A stretch of DNA of 64,000 bases from Octopus vulgaris (Eukaryota), in the NCBI GenBank assembly GCA_951406725.2, contig OX597816.1, forward strand, positions 91,264,001-91,328,000. The letters are read 5' to 3'. A program made the translations under genes and the position numbers. Positions within the stretch are counted from its first letter, which is position 1. Each line of letters opens with the position of its first letter. The notes under the pieces are model-generated. The model was not told where the DNA came from and did not search any database. It saw only the letters and a list, made by a program, of their open reading frames with translations. This document shows positions 63,760 through 64,000 of the stretch, in pieces.

Positions 63760-64000
63760 CTAGCAGTATCGCCTGGTGTTGCTCGGGTTTGTAAGGGAAA
63801 TAACTATATAAGCATTTTTAGAGAGTTTCTTAGCCATTTCTGTTTTGGTGTCTTCAAGCCATGAAGTCGTTGTTCTAAAAGAACGCTGGTCTCCTTGACA
63901 ACGCTTTACGATGTTGATTTCCTTACACTCCCTTCCCCACAGCTTCACGAGGGATGGAAGAAGGGGGAGAAGCAAACAGGTGCAGGTGTGACCATGGACG
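63760..64000 (-). mobile_element. Non-autonomous Helitron (runs off the window)
   Basis: ctagcagtatcgcctggtgttgctcggg..., same family as 17783 and 26018. Confidence 0.9.

Overview
AT-rich eukaryotic non-coding window with no host protein-coding exon I can support. Almost all ORFs in the track are microsatellite translations or repeat fragments. The SINE repertoire and dense (TA)n/(CA)n/(TACA)n/(GATA)n tracts suggest an Octopus-like cephalopod genome (inference). The window is a mosaic of three tRNA-derived SINE families, CR1/L2, RTE and Tx1 LINE remnants, a near-complete decayed Penelope-like element (RT + GIY-YIG), mariner and Tc1 remnants, MITEs of hAT, mariner, Merlin-like and TTAA types, and several non-autonomous Helitrons (one exact tandem dimer, one carrying a PIF1 helicase fragment). 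The most interesting signals are RNA-level. There is a set of hammerhead-ribozyme motifs: a canonical type I hammerhead inside a ~280-bp partial tandem unit resembling a non-LTR retrozyme (21.4 kb), minimal Penelope-type hammerheads (52.9 kb, 2.9 kb, 14.6 kb), and one with a compensatory G3:C8 core swap (61.9 kb). There is also a G-U-rich 55-nt pre-miRNA-like hairpin in unique sequence (19.6 kb) and a fold-back inverted duplication centred on a (TA)n tract (23.6 kb). All calls were made by eye; no database searches were run.
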